Source of the DNA: an uncultured Actinomycetes bacterium
GTDB taxonomy: Bacteria > Actinomycetota > Actinomycetes > Streptosporangiales > Streptosporangiaceae
Direction of reading: 5' to 3'
DNA: 64,000 nt
Assembly: GCA_963718305.1 (NCBI GenBank)
Contig: CAVQZG010000009.1
Span: forward strand, 166,791-230,790
Position numbers and translations under genes: made by a program. A model generated the notes under the pieces. The model was not told the DNA's origin. It saw only the letters and a list, made by a program, of their open reading frames with translations, and ran no database searches. This document shows, one piece after another, positions 60,686-64,000 of this stretch. Each line of letters begins with the position of its first letter. Position 1 is the stretch's first letter.

Positions 60686-61507
60686 TCACGCTCCACGTCT
60701 CGACGGTTTGTCCTCCGCCGCGTCGATCACGATCGGGGCCCCGCGGTGGGAGAAGTAGGCAGCGGGAGTGAGGCCGGTTTCGCGGCGGAACGCGGCGACG
60801 AAGGCGCTGGGCGTCTCATAGCCGATGTGCCGGGCGACCATGCCAACCGCCTGGCCCGCCGCAAGCTGCGGCAGTGCGGCCTGCAGCCGGGCCAGCCGGC
60901 GCCACTGGCCGAACGGCATTCCCGTCTCAGCCAGGAACGCGCGCGCGAGGGTCCGCCCGCTAGCACCGACGTTCCTGCCCCACTCGGCCAAGGTCCGCCC
61001 GTCAGCCGGGTTGGCGAGCAGCGCGGCAGCAACAGCCGCGGCCCGCTCGTCGCTGGGCATGCCCACGTCGATTGTGGTCATCGCTACGGGCAGCAGCAGG
61101 TCGCAGAGCAGTGCCTCTGCCCGCTCCCGCTGCGCGGCGCCTAGGGACTCGGTGCCCATGTAGCCGATGAGCTCGGCGAGCAGCGGGGTCACCGCTACCG
61201 GCACCGGCCCCGTCCAGCGGGCCCAGGCGCGGTCCGGCCGGAGATACAGCGACCGCATCGTGGCCACTCCGGCCGACAGCGTCTCGTGCTTCAGCCCGGC
61301 CGGAATCCACAGTGCCCTAGTCGGCGGCAGCACCCAGTCAGCCGAGTCGGTCCGCACCGTGAGCACGCCGCTGGCCGCCCAGGCGAGCTGATGATCGTCG
61401 TGGGTGTGCCAGTCGAAGACCACCCCGGTCGCCATCGGGAACGTGGCGACGATCACCGAGCCCGCGCTATCTGCCCACGGGCCGCCAAGTTGTCCGTCCT
61501 GCGACAT
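60686..61507 (-). CDS. AraC-family transcriptional regulator with N-terminal cupin
   Basis: Cupin ..WHTHDDHQLAWAASGVLTV.. and C-terminal double HTH ..GRTLAEWGRNVGASGRTLARAF..GYETPSAFVAAFRRETGLTPAAYF. Confidence 0.88.
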   Translation of the reverse strand: MSQDGQLGGPWADSAGSVIVATFPMATGVVFDWHTHDDHQLAWAASGVLTVRTDSADWVLPPTRALWIPAGLKHETLSAGVATMRSLYLRPDRAWARWTGPVPVAVTPLLAELIGYMGTESLGAAQRERAEALLCDLLLPVAMTTIDVGMPSDERAAAVAAALLANPADGRTLAEWGRNVGASGRTLARAFLAETGMPFGQWRRLARLQAALPQLAAGQAVGMVARHIGYETPSAFVAAFRRETGLTPAAYFSHRGAPIVIDAAEDKPSRRGA

Positions 61508-61562
61508 GAGGTGTCATTCTACGCCGTTGGCGTCAGCACAGCCTGCCCGTAGCGTCGTCTTC

Positions 61563-62144
61563 ATGAACGCTGACCATGAGAAACTGTGCGGCAGCCCGGA
61601 ATGGGCTGCGGACCTGCGGGCGCAGATCCTCCCGGTCGTGACGGCCGGGGTGAGCCTCGGCAAGGACATGCTGGAGATCGGCCCCGGGCCGGGCGCCGCC
61701 ACCGCCTGGCTGCAGGAGCGGGTGGCTCACCTCACCGTCCTTGAAGCCGACGAGGCTGCGGCGACACGGCTGGCCGCGCGCTACCCCGACAGTGACGTCA
61801 CCGTCAACATCGGTGATGCGAGGCAGATGCCTTATGGCGACGAGTCGTTCGACTCCGTGGGCTCGTTCACCATGCTGCATCACGTGCCCACCGCGGCGGC
61901 GCAGTACCAGATCCTCGCCGAGGCTCTGCGGGTGCTGCGGCCCGGAGGGTGGCTGGCCGGCTCCGACAGCCTGGCCAGCAACGGCCTGCACTACTTCCAC
62001 CATGACGACACCTACAACCCGGCCGAGCCGTCAACGCTGCTGGTCTGGCTCCGGGCCCTCGGCTTCACCCCTATCACGATCACGGTAGGCGACGTGCTGA
62101 TGTTTACCGCCTGCAAGCCCGCCAGGGAGGCGAGCCTGTCATGA
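61563..62144 (+). CDS. class I SAM-dependent methyltransferase
   Basis: ATG 61563, motif I DMLEIGPGPGAAT and post-I LEADE. Divergent from the AraC gene. Confidence 0.85.
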   Translation: MNADHEKLCGSPEWAADLRAQILPVVTAGVSLGKDMLEIGPGPGAATAWLQERVAHLTVLEADEAAATRLAARYPDSDVTVNIGDARQMPYGDESFDSVGSFTMLHHVPTAAAQYQILAEALRVLRPGGWLAGSDSLASNGLHYFHHDDTYNPAEPSTLLVWLRALGFTPITITVGDVLMFTACKPAREASLS

Positions 62145-62860
62145 CAGGTACTACTGAGCTGCGCGCCGCGATCACAGGGCTTATCGGGCTCGCGGCCACC
62201 GAGGAGGAAATGCTGCTGGCCAGTGCACCCAGCGGCGAAGACGGCAGCCCAGATCGCTGGGCCGCCGCCCCGCTCGTCGCACACAACGCCGAGTTCCGGC
62301 AGCAGCAGGTAGTGCGGCTGCATGCAGTCCTGCGCGGCGGCACGCCACCCGATTTCGCCGAGACCGACCACCGGTCGCCGGACGCCTACCGGCGCTACTG
62401 CGCCGGGACCAAGGCTGAGGTGACCGTGGCGAGCAGACAGTCCGCCAGCGAGCTGATCGACGGGCTGGCCGCGATGTCCGACGAAGATCTCAGTGACGCA
62501 TCGCGCCACCCGTGGCTGCGCGGGCGCCAGCTTTGGCTGCAGGTCGTGGTACGCGGGTTCTGGCATCCGATCGGGCACCTCGGCGACTACTACATCGCCT
62601 GCGGCCGGGCCGGCCGGGCCGTTGCGATGCAATCGCACGCCCTGGTGACGTCGCGGTACCTCGGCGTGCCCGACCCGGCGCTCGGCATGGCCGCCTACAG
62701 CCTGGCCTGCACGCAGGTCGCCACCAACGATCCGACCGGCGCAGCCGCCACGCTCACCGAGGCAATCAGGCTCAACCCGGACCTACGGGCAAACGCCCGC
62801 CGTGACCCGGATCTCGCCGCCCTCCGGGCTGGCGGGCAGCTAGCCACTCTGCTCCAGTGA
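62141..62860 (+). CDS. DinB-like four-helix-bundle protein with TPR-like C-terminal tail
   Basis: ATGA overlap with the methyltransferase. His-containing segments ..PLVAHNAEF.. and ..GFWHPIGHLGDYY.., with C-terminal ..AAYSLACTQVATNDPTGAAATLTEAIRLNPDLRANARRDPDLAAL... Assignment tentative. Confidence 0.6.
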   Translation: MTGTTELRAAITGLIGLAATEEEMLLASAPSGEDGSPDRWAAAPLVAHNAEFRQQQVVRLHAVLRGGTPPDFAETDHRSPDAYRRYCAGTKAEVTVASRQSASELIDGLAAMSDEDLSDASRHPWLRGRQLWLQVVVRGFWHPIGHLGDYYIACGRAGRAVAMQSHALVTSRYLGVPDPALGMAAYSLACTQVATNDPTGAAATLTEAIRLNPDLRANARRDPDLAALRAGGQLATLLQ

Positions 62861-62862
62861 TG

Positions 62863-63474
62863 TTAGCCGCTGGCGCTGTGTGTGCGGGTGGCGTCGAGCA
62901 CGACGCGAACGAACCATGCCTCCCAATCGTCCGGCGACCATCCGCGCTCGGCGAGCTTGAACCACATCGTGCGCGAGCCGAGGGCCCAGACTTCATCCAC
63001 GAGAGCGCTGGGCGGGAGGCGATCCCCGAGTACGAGACGGCATGCGTTGGCGAACTCGTCATGCCGGCGCTGCTCCATTCGAGTCTGAGCCTGGGCTGCC
63101 TCGGGAGTGCTGACCGCCGCGTCGTCCAGGACCCGCTGGATGGAGGCGGACCGTTCGTACGCACCTCGCAGCCAGCGTGCCGCAGTCGCCGCCCTCTGGG
63201 AGGGCGTGCCTTTGCCCATCGCCTGGTAGTCGGCACGCTCCCGAACGGGGATTTCGGACAGTGAGGTGTCGATGCAGGCGATCAGCAGATCGACCTTGGT
63301 GTTGAAGTGGAGGTACACGGTGGGGCGGGCGAGACCTGCCGCGGCAGCGACCTGAGTCATCGTCGTCATGGTCCAGCCTTGCCGGAGGAAGAGCCCGTGG
63401 GCCGCGGAGATGAGCCGGCCGCGGTTCTCGCCGGCTCGCTCGGCGCGGACGGACGACTCGTAGCGACGGGGCAT
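62863..63474 (-). CDS. TetR/AcrR-family transcriptional regulator
   Basis: ATG 63474 (MPRRYESS..) and HTH ..TMTQVAAAAGLARPTVYLHFNTKVDL... Confidence 0.88.
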   Translation of the reverse strand: MPRRYESSVRAERAGENRGRLISAAHGLFLRQGWTMTTMTQVAAAAGLARPTVYLHFNTKVDLLIACIDTSLSEIPVRERADYQAMGKGTPSQRAATAARWLRGAYERSASIQRVLDDAAVSTPEAAQAQTRMEQRRHDEFANACRLVLGDRLPPSALVDEVWALGSRTMWFKLAERGWSPDDWEAWFVRVVLDATRTHSASG

Positions 63475-63496
63475 GCGATCCAGTCTAGTAACTTCG

Positions 63497-63513
63497 CTGT
63501 ACTGCCGGTACAG
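63497..63513. promoter_or_regulatory. 6-5-6 palindrome ctgtac-tgccg-gtacag in the TetR/hydrolase divergent region
   Basis: Perfect inverted repeat centred in the 46-nt gap between the TetR start (63474) and the hydrolase start (63521). This is the typical position for a TetR operator. Confidence 0.45.
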
Positions 63514-63520
63514 TGAAATA

Positions 63521-64000
63521 ATGCGTATTAACACGGAATCCGGCTCGCTAGCTGCCCGGGTCCTCCCTGGGCCGCCTCATGTGGCCGTCCTGTGGCCCAG
63601 CATGTTCACCGATTCGCGGAGCTGGGAGCGCGTGGTGGACGACCTTCGCCAGAAACGCACCTTGGTGCTGATCGACGGGTGGTCCTTCGGGGCGAGCGCA
63701 GATCTCGACAGCGTGGTGGACAAGTTCAACGACCGCTGCGTGCAGGGAGCCGTCGCGGCCATCTCGCAGGTTCAGAACGAGCTGGCCGTGGGTCCCGTCG
63801 ACTGGCTGGGCAGCGCGTGGGGTGGCCACGTGGGGTTGCAGCTGGCCGCAACCCGACCGGAGCTGGTGCGCAGCCTGATCACAGTGAGCACGCCCATCCG
63901 GGCAGCGAGCCCGTCGATGCGGCGGCAGGTGAGAATGCTGCTCCCCGTCTACCGCGCCATCGGGATGCGCGGGCCGGTACGCCAAGGGCTGCTCGACGGG
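63521..64000 (+). CDS. alpha/beta hydrolase, 3' end beyond the window
   Basis: My own translation from ATG 63521: MRINTESGSLAARVLPGPPHVAVLWPSMFTDSRSWERVVDDL..VDWLGSAWGGHVGLQLA.. (nucleophile elbow GSAWG). It is open to base 64000, so it is absent from the ORF track. Confidence 0.75.
   Translation, partial: MRINTESGSLAARVLPGPPHVAVLWPSMFTDSRSWERVVDDLRQKRTLVLIDGWSFGASADLDSVVDKFNDRCVQGAVAAISQVQNELAVGPVDWLGSAWGGHVGLQLAATRPELVRSLITVSTPIRAASPSMRRQVRMLLPVYRAIGMRGPVRQGLLDG

Overview
Very GC-rich, actinomycete-type chromosomal segment, densely coding on both strands. I recognise about 55 protein-coding genes. By eye I found no rRNA, tRNA, CRISPR array, intact IS element or prophage gene. Most content is ordinary: central and accessory metabolism (pckG, metH, msrB-msrA, two LLM monooxygenases, an ADH, an aminotransferase), secreted hydrolases (G1 glutamic peptidase, NlpC/P60, GH16-ricin-2xCBM32 glucanase, purple acid phosphatase, two beta-helix proteins), efflux and transport genes, and many one- and two-component regulators. 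Six things deserve a second look. (1) A TIR-like/NB-ARC/TPR STAND NTPase at the left edge is broken by three +1 frame shifts that cancel out. (2) At least five other recognisable genes carry single-base frame disruptions, so assembly indels and real decay must be told apart. (3) The metH leader looks like an SAH riboswitch whose pseudoknot strand doubles as an anti-Shine-Dalgarno. (4) A 6 x 15-nt in-frame repeat encodes a Gln/Thr pentapeptide extension at the MetH N-terminus. (5) Two head-to-head C-terminal remnants of DUF222/HNH endonuclease genes lie just upstream of that leader. (6) Next comes a lower-GC pocket holding a 500-bp hairpin-rich non-coding gap and an orphan ORF with a triplicated internal motif. 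No complete, clearly novel multi-gene system is demonstrable from sequence alone. The STAND gene (its partners would lie off-window) and the 58.3-60.5 kb pocket are the best leads.
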